From the NCBI GenBank assembly GCA_963743305.1, contig CAVUPH010000009.1:1-64000 (forward strand): a stretch of DNA of 64,000 nt. The letters run 5' to 3'. The position numbers and the translations under genes are program-made. Below, piece by piece: positions 9,832-20,400 of this stretch. The notes under the pieces were generated by a model. That model had not been told where the DNA came from, ran no database searches, and was given only the letters and a program-made list of their open reading frames with translations. Position 1 is the stretch's first letter. Every line of letters begins with the position of its first letter. This stretch comes from an uncultured delta proteobacterium (GTDB lineage Bacteria > Desulfobacterota > RBG-13-43-22).

Positions 9832-10641
9832 TTACGTGGTTTCGAAGGAAGAAAGCCAGGCGACATACATGGCCTTGCCGAACTTTTCCCGTTTCGGTTC
9901 CTCCGTGATCTGGTCACAGACCGTCGAGATGAAACTTTTCACCCGCTCCTTCGGAAAAGCCTCCCGGGATTCCTCAAAGGCATCCAGGGTATCATTCAGG
10001 ATAATCCGGGCGATCGGCCCCACCACCTTCTTGAGTTCCGTCTCGGCGGCATCGAAAAAGGCCTCGTCAACCGTGGTCCGCAACCCCGCTTCGGGAATAT
10101 CGGCGGCCTCCGTTTTTTCGACCAGCCCTCTTTCAACCAGAACAGAGAGGGTGCCCGAAACATCAAAAAGGGGCCGCCCGAGCCGGCCGGCCATTTCGGA
10201 GACATTCCACCTCCCGTTGCACAGGGCGAGTACGCCCCATTGTCCGGCCGGGATCATCCGGTCTTCTCCGCCGCTATCGACCACCAGGGAGAAGACGGCT
10301 TCGGCGGAGGGCACCGCTTGCCTGATCTTCTTCCACTCCTCCTCCCGTTGGGACCAATTCGCCATGACCTGCTCCGTGGGCAGGCGCACCGTGCGTTCTT
10401 CCGGCGACGTTTGCCAATTGAAGGTGACCCGGCCGTTGGACAAGTCCATAATGGGCAGGAGCGCTTCTTCTCCGTTCAGGGTGCCGGTCCTGGCGTGGAC
10501 GATCTGGCCCCCCTCAATATATAACTCCGCGCCCTCTTTACCCTTGACCGCCATCAGCCCGGATTTCTTCCCGTCCACCAGGGATTTTACCAGGTTGAAT
10601 AATCTGGTCTCTGAAAGATCTCCGATCAAATCCTTGAACAC
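9832..10641 (-). CDS. DUF4388 (PATAN-like) domain protein with winged-helix
   Basis: GDLSETRLFNLV..KKSG..LYIEGGQIVHA..GEEAL; C-terminal VGPIARIIL. Confidence 0.8.
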   Translation of the reverse strand: MFKDLIGDLSETRLFNLVKSLVDGKKSGLMAVKGKEGAELYIEGGQIVHARTGTLNGEEALLPIMDLSNGRVTFNWQTSPEERTVRLPTEQVMANWSQREEEWKKIRQAVPSAEAVFSLVVDSGGEDRMIPAGQWGVLALCNGRWNVSEMAGRLGRPLFDVSGTLSVLVERGLVEKTEAADIPEAGLRTTVDEAFFDAAETELKKVVGPIARIILNDTLDAFEESREAFPKERVKSFISTVCDQITEEPKREKFGKAMYVAWLSSFETT

Positions 10642-10952
10642 CGGCCGCCTCCTTTCCCGCTGCGAACCCGGGCCTGGTCGGCGGGACGCCGACCCGGCGA
10701 AAGACTCCGTATTCCGTTTTTATTATCGTATCAACTTAGGTTGGAATTTCAGAATAGGGTCCCCGCTTATCACGGGGATTGTATAGGTATATAGAAAGGA
10801 TTTGTAGGAAGTCAAGGGGAAAAGACCAGATGGAAGCGGGGAGATGGAAGAGATGGGGGAAAAGAAAGAAGGGAGAAGAGAGAGGACAGAAGAGAGAAAT
10901 AAATGCGTTGAGTGGTAGAACCGGTTAAGGTCTGTCCCGCATTGGATACGGT

Positions 10953-11237
10953 TTGAGTGCGGCGCAGGCCAAAGACGCCTTTGGAGACTTCCTCAATGAG
11001 GCCATTAGGTCGGGGAAACGGGCTGTTCTGATCATCCACGGACGTGGCATCTCTTCCCCCGGTGAACCGGTTTTAAAAAACAAGGTCAGCGAGTGGTTGA
11101 CGCGCAGTCACTGGCGAAAATGGGTCATCGCCTTCACCAGCGCCCAGTCCTACGACGGGGGCGCCGGGGCAACTTATGTCCTCCTCCGTCAGCGCCTCAA
11201 ATCCAAACGGCCAAGGAAAAAGCTGACCGAGAAATAA
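10953..11237 (+). pseudogene. Smr/MutS2 domain, C-terminal fragment only
   Basis: VLIIHGRGISS..VLKNKV..DGGAGATYVLL; the DLHG N-terminal part is missing. Confidence 0.8.
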
Positions 11238-11304
11238 TTGGGACGAAGGGGATAATTTTCTTAATGGGGGCGTAGTTTCTGAATAAACTTGACGGGGCCG
11301 CTTA

Positions 11305-11466
11305 GAAGCCGTCAAGAAATAAGCTGTATAATGCCGCGGTATCTCCGTTCATGCTGAGCCTGTCGAAGCATCGCCGTATCGTGCACCCTTCGACTGCTCG
11401 ACAAGCTCGCAGCTCAGGGCGAACGGTTGTAGTGTCGCTTTGTCATGGTTATTTGTTTACAGATCC
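11305..11466 (-). mobile_element. MITE family A, copy 2 (162 bp)
   Basis: Reverse complement of 7476-7637; TTA flanks. Confidence 0.85.
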
Positions 11467-11599
11467 TTAAATAAGCGGCCAGGCCGCGATGATCACCGTA
11501 ATGGACCCCGCAACTCCGGCCGATGCCCAACGGTAGGCCATCGCGGCCTCCGGATTTTTGGTTGGGTGAATGGTGTAACCCGAAAGCGTTGGGCCCAAG

Positions 11600-12305
11600 T
11601 CATGCCCAGGAAAAGGGAAAGGGTCCACTCGGCGAACAAAGGCCTGCGGCCCAGGCCCGGATCGCCTTCCAGTTTCGGAAATCGCCCTCCGAAACGCCCT
11701 TCTCTTTCATCTTCGATTGCATGATCATCCTGTAAAATACGTTCATTTTGTTGTAGTCCAAAACGCCGGCAAACAATCCCAGGTCCACAGGATGTATGGC
11801 CGCTGCCTCCCGGAGCACGGGATTCATATAAGTCCCGGCCAGCCGACGGCTTTCTTCGGTATCCTTAACCAAAGCCAGGCAGGTCAAAAAATAGGCCACG
11901 GGTATTCGGGCTAAATTCCCCTGGTTTTCCTTCGACAAATTCGATGGCTTCGGGCAGCCAGGAGGCGCTGCGAACCGAACTGCCCAAAACGGCCGCATCA
12001 TAGGATGATAGCCCGCTCACATTTTTCATGAGACGTATATCCACCTGGGCCCCTCCGGCGCATAACACCTGCCCCACCGCTTCCGCCACACCACCCGTGG
12101 AACCACAATAACTGGCATAGGCGATCAGAATCTTCTTGTTGATCGGTTTTTTTCCCGGTGCGCACCGGGATTCGGGAAATTCGACTTTCCCGCTCAGGAC
12201 CTTGGGAGGGGACAAAAGTCCCCCGCCCAGGGTCAAGCCTCCGACCAGGGCCCCGGCCGCGGTCGATCCTTTAATCATAAATATTCTTCTCGTCATTTTG
12301 TCCAT
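11600..12305 (-). CDS. Flavodoxin-domain (HemG/Flavodoxin_5-like) protein with Tat-like signal; frameshift near 11930
   Basis: TRRIFM; ILIAYASYCGSTGGVAE; YDAAVLGS; GDFRNWKAIRAWA. Confidence 0.8.
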
Positions 12306-12325
12306 GCTTCCCTCCCTATCAAGAG

Positions 12326-12465
12326 TGATGGTTTCGCAAAAAGTCCCCAGCGCTGTCATTGCGAGGAGTGAAGCGACGAAGCAATCCCCAAGAATCAGCT
12401 AGTTACCATGGTGGGGATTGCTTCGCTCGCAATGACAGGTTTTTGGACTTTTTGCGAGGTTGTCA
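12326..12465 (+). mobile_element. MITE family B copy, 4-bp target duplication AGAG
   Basis: TGATGGTTTCGCAAAAAGTC..GACTTTTTGCGAGGTTGTCA flanked by AGAG on both sides. Confidence 0.85.
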
Positions 12466-12975
12466 AGAGTGGTGCTGGGCCATTCTCTCCCGGATTTCCG
12501 CGTTGATCAACCGTTTCTGGTCGCCGTCCAGAGAATCATAGAAATCCGCCAGTTGGTCCAGGTTTTTAGAGAGGAAACCGGAAAAGTCGTTGATCCGGGT
12601 CTTCACGGATTCCACCAGGCCCTGGACATCCGGGTTTTCCTTGTTCATCTCCTCCAGGAACCGGGCCCTTAATTGCTGCCGTTCCTCAAATCCGGTGGAC
12701 ATACGGGACGAAATGTTGTTCTTGAGTTCCTCGTATTTGGTTTTTTGGGACTCGTTGAGATTTAATGTCCGGGCCAATTTATCCATCCGCCAGAGGATGA
12801 ATTCAGCAACATCTTTCTGGTGAGAAGCGGAATGGAACCCCCGGCCCGGAAATCGGGAGGGGAAGGTCCCGCCCGGATCTCCCCAGGGGCTGCCGACGAC
12901 CAGGCCGTAGCCGACGATCAACGTCACGAAAAGAAAAATCCCGCTGCCGATAAATACCTTGTTCCTGGTCCTCAT
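12463..12975 (-). CDS. Periplasmic Spy/CpxP-like protein
   Basis: N-terminal TM/signal, LNLNESQK and LDGDQK (LTxxQ-like) motifs; divergent from a two-component pair. Confidence 0.75.
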   Translation of the reverse strand: MRTRNKVFIGSGIFLFVTLIVGYGLVVGSPWGDPGGTFPSRFPGRGFHSASHQKDVAEFILWRMDKLARTLNLNESQKTKYEELKNNISSRMSTGFEERQQLRARFLEEMNKENPDVQGLVESVKTRINDFSGFLSKNLDQLADFYDSLDGDQKRLINAEIRERMAQHHS

Positions 12976-13103
12976 GGTCCTGCTCCTTTCTGTGTTGAGC
13001 GTTTTTTGTACAACCATGGGAGCCAGTCTACACCTGAGGTGTAAAGAACATTTTTTCAGCTTGTAATAAAGTGTCAGCCAAAGGTAAAATTCGGTAAAAA
13101 GGG

Positions 13104-13820
13104 GTGACAAACATGGGGAATAGGGTTTTAATCGTCGATGACGACCTGAAACTGCAGAAGCTCCTGAAGGAGTACCTGGGGGGCAACGGATTTTCCGTTC
13201 GGACCCTTCCCGACGGTTCCCGGATCCTGGAAACGATCCGAGCCGAGGCGCCGGATATCGTCATTCTGGACATCATGCTGCCCGGGAAAGACGGCCTGGA
13301 AGTATTGAAGGATATCCGCCGGGATCATGCCCTGCCGGTCATTATGCTGACGGCCAAGGGTGAGGATACGGAACGCATCGTCGGGCTGGAGCTGGGGGCG
13401 GACGATTATCTCCCCAAGCCTTTTAACCCGCGGGAATTGCTGGCCCGGATGAAGGCGATTTTACGCCGGGCGGCTTCCCCGGACCGCGAAAAGACCGCCG
13501 CCGGGGCCTTAACCATCGAGGCCGGCGGATTGACCTTGAACAAGGCCCGGCAGACCGTGTCCACCGGGGAAGCGGAGTTGGAACTGTCCTCCACCGAAAC
13601 CCGCATTCTGGAGGTGTTGATGAAACACCCCAACACCGTCTTGAGCCGCGACCGGTTGATGACCCTGGCCCAAGGACGGGATTTCATGGCCTTTGACCGG
13701 AGCATCGATATGCACATCAGTAAATTACGGGCTAAACTCGAGCCTGCTCCCCGTTCCCCGCGGCGCATAAAAACCGTCTGGGGGAGCGGCTATATGTTGG
13801 TAGACCCCGAAGTTGTCTGA
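13104..13820 (+). CDS. OmpR/CpxR-family response regulator
   Basis: LIVDDD, ILDIMLPG, GADDYLPKPF, DRSIDMHISKLR, TVWGSGY. Confidence 0.95.
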   Translation: MTNMGNRVLIVDDDLKLQKLLKEYLGGNGFSVRTLPDGSRILETIRAEAPDIVILDIMLPGKDGLEVLKDIRRDHALPVIMLTAKGEDTERIVGLELGADDYLPKPFNPRELLARMKAILRRAASPDREKTAAGALTIEAGGLTLNKARQTVSTGEAELELSSTETRILEVLMKHPNTVLSRDRLMTLAQGRDFMAFDRSIDMHISKLRAKLEPAPRSPRRIKTVWGSGYMLVDPEVV

Positions 13821-13883
13821 TAATTTCTCGATGATACACAAAGTACAGTCAACTATTTTGTTTGAATCCCCTGGGCTTTAGAA

Positions 13884-15356
13884 TTGAAATTCACTCCAGG
13901 GGAAATCCGGCAACCCAAAAAATATCGATCAATTTTTATGCAACTTCGGGGTAGACCTTGGATGCTGCCGGGCAAACTCTATATCAAGATCCTCTTCTCT
14001 TTCCTGGCCGTTCTCATCGCCACCCTGCTGGTGGTTTTTGTGCTCTTTACGATCCAGCCCGACAAATTTTTTTCCACCCGTCTGGAAGATTATGCCAAGA
14101 CCAGGGCCCTGAAGATCCAGGCGGTGCTGGACGCCAAGATGCGGGCGGCGACGGACGCGGACTGGACCCGGAACGTGCCGCTGCAAACCTTTATTTCAGA
14201 TTTCGGGGAAATTATGGGGGCCAGGATTTGGCTGGCGAAAGAGGACGGGACCGTTCTTTTGAAATCCTTCCCGGAGGAAATTCCGAAACTTGCGGTCGGA
14301 CTTCAAAACCAGGGCGCCGTAACCCCTGGGCCTATATTCCTGTACCGCCAGCGGGACCTTCGTATCCACGCGGTCATTCCCCTGCTCTTTCCGACCGGCG
14401 AATCAGGCCGGCTCCATGTCTTGTTCGACCGCTTGGAAGGACCGCCGCACCCCCGGCGGGGGTTTGCCTTCGGCCTGCTGCTTATCGGCCTGATGGCGGT
14501 CCTGCTGATCATTCCGGTATCCCGGATCATTACCAGTCGCCTCGAGCAGCTCCGGCAGTCGGCGCAAACCCTGGCCGAGGGAAATCTGGCCCACCGGGCG
14601 ACCGTCCGGGGCAGGGATGAGATCGGCGAACTGGCCCGGGCCTTCAACCGCATGGCCGAAAAACTGGAGACCATGATCGTCAGCGGCAAGGAGCTTACGG
14701 CCAACATCTCCCACGAGCTGCGAACCCCCTTAACCCGGATCCGAATCGCGGAAGAAATGCTGCGGGAAGCCTCGGGGACGGAGGCCTCCCAGCGTGAGCG
14801 GCTCCTGGATGCCATCCGCGAGGATATCGAGGAACTGGATCGCCTCATCGGCCGCATCCTGGAATTATCCAAAATGGAACGCCAGGATGCACCGCTGACT
14901 TTCACGGTCTTTGACCCGGCGGAGCTGCTGCAATCCCTGTTGCAGCGGTTTCAGTCGGTCAGCGCGCCTAGGGGGTTGCGGATTACCACGGATGGGTCCG
15001 GCCCGTCCTCTTTTTCCGGGGATCGGGAGGCCCTGACGACGGCCTTCCTGAACCTCCTGGACAACGCGGTCAAGTTCACCCCCGAAAAAGGTCGGATCGC
15101 CCTGCGGCTGCGCCCGGCAGCGGATACCCTGGAAATAAGCCTGACCAACACCTTTGAAAAACTGACCGAAGAAGAACTGACGAAGATCTTTGACCCCTTT
15201 TATCAAACCCATAAGTCTCAGACCGTGGGTTCGGGCTTGGGATTGGCTATCGCTAAAAAGATCATCGAAAAACATGGGGGCCGGATCGAGGCTGCCAACG
15301 CCGAAGAGGGGCTGGAAATTAGAATATCCCTGCCCAGGAAGCACCCTCTCGATTAA
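13884..15356 (+). CDS. HAMP sensor histidine kinase (true start may be near 13962)
   Basis: Two TMs, HAMP, SHELRTPL, NLLDNAVKF, GSGLGL. Confidence 0.95.
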   Translation: MKFTPGEIRQPKKYRSIFMQLRGRPWMLPGKLYIKILFSFLAVLIATLLVVFVLFTIQPDKFFSTRLEDYAKTRALKIQAVLDAKMRAATDADWTRNVPLQTFISDFGEIMGARIWLAKEDGTVLLKSFPEEIPKLAVGLQNQGAVTPGPIFLYRQRDLRIHAVIPLLFPTGESGRLHVLFDRLEGPPHPRRGFAFGLLLIGLMAVLLIIPVSRIITSRLEQLRQSAQTLAEGNLAHRATVRGRDEIGELARAFNRMAEKLETMIVSGKELTANISHELRTPLTRIRIAEEMLREASGTEASQRERLLDAIREDIEELDRLIGRILELSKMERQDAPLTFTVFDPAELLQSLLQRFQSVSAPRGLRITTDGSGPSSFSGDREALTTAFLNLLDNAVKFTPEKGRIALRLRPAADTLEISLTNTFEKLTEEELTKIFDPFYQTHKSQTVGSGLGLAIAKKIIEKHGGRIEAANAEEGLEIRISLPRKHPLD

Positions 15357-15682
15357 GGCCGCGGGCCGGTTACAAGGAAACCGGCATTCCCCTGTTTCGC
15401 CAGGGAACTTTAGGACAGAAAGGAACGTCAGGCGTTAGGCGCAAGAGCGTCAGGGGGGGAAAGAACCAGATGGAAGCGGGAAGAGGGAAGATGGAAGCGA
15501 TTGGGGGAAATGAACGAAGGGAGAAGAGGGAGGTCAGAAGAGAGAAATCAAAGGTGGGGTGGAAGAGGACTGGGCTGGAGTAAACCACGGGCAGCTTATT
15601 CTTTCCTTCCCGGGTTAAGTCCCGGGGGAACCCTTCCGATAGAGGATAAGAGTCCCGATGGTTCAGTGAAGAAGGGGTCCCG

Positions 15683-17398
15683 ATGGCCGAAAAGACTAAT
15701 AAAATCCTGTATGATGTCAATGAGAAACCTCCCCTCTGGCTGATCCTGGTCATGGGCCTGCAGCACGTCCTGTTGATTTACAGCTCGATCGTCTTCCTGC
15801 CGGTGATCATCGGCCGGGCCGCCAATGCGCCGCTGGACCATATCCTCTTTGCCTCCTTTGCCGCCGGCGTGGCCTCCGGACTGGTCACCCTGATCCAGGT
15901 CTTGCGAATAGGCCCCATCGGTACGGGATACACCCTTTTCATGGGCAGTTCGGCCGCCTATCTGGCCGGGAGCATTGCCACCCTCAAGGCCGGAGGATTT
16001 CCCCTCCTGGCCACCCTGAGCATCCTGGTAGCCCCCATCGAATTCCTGATGGCCCGTTTCCTGCGTCACCTGCGGCATATCATCACGCCGGTGGTAGGGG
16101 GCGTTATCCTGCTGCTGGTCGTCCTCAGTCTGGTCCCCTTGAGCCTGCAGGAGTGGATGGGCGAGCCGGGACAGGCCTTTCACGGCTCCTGGAAAAATTT
16201 CCTGGCCGGCATGATCACCCTGTGCGTCCTCTTGGGTCTGTCCCTGTTTGGGAACAAAAAACAGCGGGTCTGGTCCCCCATTCTGGGGTTGACCTCGGGA
16301 TTGGCGGCAGCCTGGGCCTTCGGGCTGTTCAACATCCCGAAAGCCGAGATGGATTTCCCCTGGGTGGGTTCCTTCAGGGGCACCTGGCCCGGGCTGACCC
16401 TGGATCTGGGAATGGAGCATCTCCCGGTACTCGGAGCCATGGCCGTGTTGACCATGATCAACGGGGTCCAGGCCATCGGAAACAGCATGGCCGTGCAGCA
16501 GATCGCCCACCGCCGTCCTCGGCCGATCGATTACGATGTCGTCCAGGGGACCATGTACGCCGACTCCCTGGGCAATATTTTCAGCGGACTGCTGGGCACC
16601 GTGCCCAATGAAACCTATTCGGAAAATATTTCCATCCAGAAGGTGACCGGCGTGGCCAGCCGCAGCGTGGGCGTCTGCGGCGCCCTGTTGCTGATCGCCC
16701 TCCCCTTCTCTCCCAAGATCAGCCTGTTCCTGGTCAACCTGCCCACGCCGGTCTTCGGCGGTTTTCTCATGGGACTGGCGGCCATGATGCTGCCGACCGG
16801 TCTGGAACTGGTCTTCTCCCACGGGATCAACCATCGCACCGGTCTGCTGGTGGGCGTGTCGGTCTGCATCGGAATGGTGGCCGAATCCGGAAAATTTTTT
16901 CCGGACCTCTTTCCCATTTCGCTGGGGGTTTTCCTGGACAACGGAGTGGCCGCGGGAGGCCTGACGGCGATCGTCCTCAGCCTGATGTTTCGCTTGACCG
17001 AGAACCGAGGCTATGCGATCCGCGTTCCGGCCGGTCTGGAAAATCTGCCCCAATTGGCCGAACACATTCAAATCGCCGGGGAATCGCTGGATCTTTCTTC
17101 GGATCAGGTTTTACGTCTGGAACTGGCCTGCGAAGAAATCTTTCTCCACATCGCCCGGACCGCCGGGGAGAACTCGCTGGCCCTTCGGATCAAGGTCGTA
17201 GAGGAGGATCTGGTGGTGGAAATTATCTACGGTCAAAACGTGGGGGACCTGGCCGCTATCAGAATGCCGGCCAATCTCCTGGCCGCCAAAGAACCGGAGC
17301 TGGACAGCCTGGGTCTGGCCCTGCTCCACCAGGTGGTTCATGATTTTCACCAGGTGGTTATCTCCGGCATCACCTACCTCTGGTTTAAAGTGAAATAG
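15683..17398 (+). CDS. NCS2 (xanthine/uracil) permease fused to a C-terminal RsbW-like HATPase_c_2 domain
   Basis: GLQHVL, TYSENISIQKVTGVASR signature, PK..LP.PVFGG; C-terminus LELACEEIFLHI..SLGLALL. Confidence 0.85.
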   Translation: MAEKTNKILYDVNEKPPLWLILVMGLQHVLLIYSSIVFLPVIIGRAANAPLDHILFASFAAGVASGLVTLIQVLRIGPIGTGYTLFMGSSAAYLAGSIATLKAGGFPLLATLSILVAPIEFLMARFLRHLRHIITPVVGGVILLLVVLSLVPLSLQEWMGEPGQAFHGSWKNFLAGMITLCVLLGLSLFGNKKQRVWSPILGLTSGLAAAWAFGLFNIPKAEMDFPWVGSFRGTWPGLTLDLGMEHLPVLGAMAVLTMINGVQAIGNSMAVQQIAHRRPRPIDYDVVQGTMYADSLGNIFSGLLGTVPNETYSENISIQKVTGVASRSVGVCGALLLIALPFSPKISLFLVNLPTPVFGGFLMGLAAMMLPTGLELVFSHGINHRTGLLVGVSVCIGMVAESGKFFPDLFPISLGVFLDNGVAAGGLTAIVLSLMFRLTENRGYAIRVPAGLENLPQLAEHIQIAGESLDLSSDQVLRLELACEEIFLHIARTAGENSLALRIKVVEEDLVVEIIYGQNVGDLAAIRMPANLLAAKEPELDSLGLALLHQVVHDFHQVVISGITYLWFKVK

Positions 17399-17478
17399 GA
17401 AACGATCTGAAACCTGCTCATTGAAGAGGGCAGAAAAAGGGAGAGTGGCCGAGAGAGACCGCAAGTCGTCTCTTCCAA

Positions 17479-20400
17479 TTACGTTTCCTCCAGGGCCTCC
17501 CGTACCTTGGTTGCCAGAGTCTTCAGGGAAAAGGGTTTTTGAAGGAAATGCACCCCCTCGTCCAGCACGCCGCTGTGGGCGATCACATTGGCGGTGTACC
17601 CGGAGGAAAAGAGGCATTTTAGCCCGGGCTTGGCGGCTTTAAGTAATTCCGCCAGATCCCTCCCGTTCATTTCCGGCATGACCACGTCGGTGATCAGCAA
17701 TTGCAGCTCGGCCGCGTGGGACTTGGCCTGAAAGACCGCTTCACCGGGTGTGCCGGCCGCCAGCACGGTGTAGCCCAGCTTTTCCAGCATCGTCTGAGCC
17801 AGTCCCAGGATCACCGGATCGTCTTCCACCAGCAGTACCGTCTCCCCTCGACCTAAGGGCGCCTCCGACGGGCTTTCGGACGTCGCCTCCAAGGATTGGC
17901 CCTGGTAACGGGGCAGATAAATTTTGAAAGTGGTTCCCTGGCCGGGTTCGCTATAGACGTTGATAAATCCCTCGTTTTGTTTGACGATACCGTAGACGGT
18001 GGACAGCCCCAGGCCGGTACCCTTTCCCGCCTCCTTGGTGGAGAAGAACGGCTCGAAGATATGCTCCACCACCTCCGGATCCATACCGCAGCCGTCGTCG
18101 CTCACGGCCAGCAGCACATATTCTCCGGGGACTACGGTCGGATGAAAGGCAAAATCAGCCGGAGCGAAGACCTCGTTCCCCGTCTCCAGGGTGATTTTGC
18201 CCACACCCACGATGGCGTCCCGGGCGTTGACGCAAAGGTTCGCCAGAAGCTGGTCGATCTGGGAGGGGTCGATCTTGACCGGCCACACTCCCGCGCCCGG
18301 CATCCAGACCATATCGATATCTTCCCCGATTAAGCGGCGCAACATCTTGAGCATACCCGCCACGGCGTCGTTCAAGTCCAAAACCTTGGGGGACACGGTC
18401 TGCTTTCGGGCAAAGGCCAACAGTTGTCGCACGAGGTCGGCGGAACGAAGGGCGGACTCCTCGATGGCCTGGAGATCGCCGCGAACCGGATCGGCCGGAT
18501 CACCTTTCATCAAGGCCAATTCGGCGTGCCCGAGGATCGCGGTCAACATATTGTTGAAATCGTGGGCTACGCCGCCGGCCAGCCTTCCCACCGATTCCAT
18601 CTTCTGGGCCTGGTACAACTGAGCCTGCAACTTTTCCTGTTCCTCATGCGCCCGCTTTTGTTCGCTGATGTCCCGGGTTATTCCCAGGATGCCCACGGCC
18701 TTCCCCTCGGCATCGCGGATAAAAGTCATATTGATTTCCGCCCAGATGATGCGTCCGTCCCGGTGAATGTGCTCCACTTCAATAGTCCTGGACCGGGCCA
18801 GGTCCCGATCGGGATTTTTTTCTTCTTCCAGTTCTTCGGTCAAAAGCCGCAGGACCTTTTCCAGGGAAGCAGGCGTCAGTACTTCAGGCAAGGGCTTCAA
18901 TACATACTCTTCGGGGGCATAATCCAGATTGTGTTTGATATAAGGGCTGATATAGGAATAGCGCAAATCCAGGTCCATAAGCCAGATAACCACCTTGGCA
19001 TTTTCCGCGATCAGGCGGGACCGCTCTTCGCTGACGCGCAGCGTTTCCAGCGCGCGGCGGTGTTCGATCTGCGCGCGCAGATTCATGATGCCGTAAGCCA
19101 GGTCATCGGCCAGTTCAGACAGATGGGCCACTTCTTCGGGGGCGAAGGCTCCCGGTTCCGAGGCATACACGCTGAGGGTGCCGAAGAGGCGTTCCCCGGC
19201 GCTGAGCGGCAGACTGCAGACGGCGGCGTAACCGCGCCGCGCCGCTTCCGCCCGCCAGGCCGCGAAGGTCTCCTCCGAAGCAATGTTCTGAATCACGCTG
19301 GGCTGCCCGGTCCGTATGGCCGTGCCGATGGGGCCGAGGCCGCGGTCGCCGGCATCCCAGGTAGCACAGACCTTTTCGATATACCCGTCGTCATAACCGG
19401 CCCGGGCCATCGGGCGCACCGATTTGGACGGGTCGTCTTCCGCATAGCCCACCCAGGCCATCCGGTACCCGCCGACCCGGACCAGAATGGTACAGACGGT
19501 GGCGAGCAGTTCCAGTTCTTCGCCGGCCCGGATCAGGGCCTGGTTGCAGTCGCTGAGCAGACGCAACTGCCGATTGGCCCGTTCGAGCGCCTCCTGGGCC
19601 CGCGCGCGCTCGGTGATGTCGTGATGTTGAACGATGGCGTGAATCACCTGTTTCCGGGCATCCAGGACCGGGGAAATCGTCACCTCCAGGACCATTGGGG
19701 TGGTATCACTTAGGGGCAGGATCCGCAGTTGGGAGCTGTCGTACCGTAGGAGAAATTGCGCCTTCTCGCCGTGTTCAAAGACTCGCTTCACCAGGGGCAT
19801 CACGCCCTGCTGTTCCACGATGTTGTCCTCGAAGAGATTGTACTTGCCGACGAGATCTTCATCGGTGACGTGGAGCAGATCGCGGCAGGCCTGGTTCATC
19901 CGGATCAGGGTCCCTTGGCTGTCGGACACCCACATCGAGTGGGGACTTTGCTGGAAAATGGTTTCGAGGAACAGTTGGGATTCCCGCAGGGCATCCTCCG
20001 CCTGCTTGCGCTTGGTGACGTCCACCAGAACACCCAGGGTGCCGTCGTATTGGCCGTCCGTCCCCAGGACGGGTTCATGATAGGCGTCGAAGACGTGGGG
20101 CCCGGCCTGCACCGGAACCGTAAAGGTCTCCCCGGCCAGGGCGCGGCGAAAATTTTCCAGGATATCGGGGCGCTTTCGGTAGACCTCGAAGGCGGAGCGA
20201 CCGACGATTTCGCCGGGCTTAAAGCCCAGGGCCGCGAGTCCCTTGCCCTCGGAAAGCGTGAAGACGCCCTGACGATCGACGCCGTAGATGACGATGGGAG
20301 CGTTTCTCACCATGGTCTGAAGTCGGGTGAGGTTTTCCCGCAGCAGTTCGTCGGCCCGCCGCTGATCGGTGATGTCCCGGGCCACGGCGTAGATCCGCTG

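Noticed and set aside
7476-12465. CRISPR array or ncRNA genes
   Set aside because: Repeats are dispersed palindromic elements with target duplications, not regularly spaced repeats; no cas genes are present
15596-17071. Long antisense ORFs (e.g. 491 aa here, 468 aa at 36270)
   Set aside because: Shadow frames of GC-rich genes with no recognisable motifs
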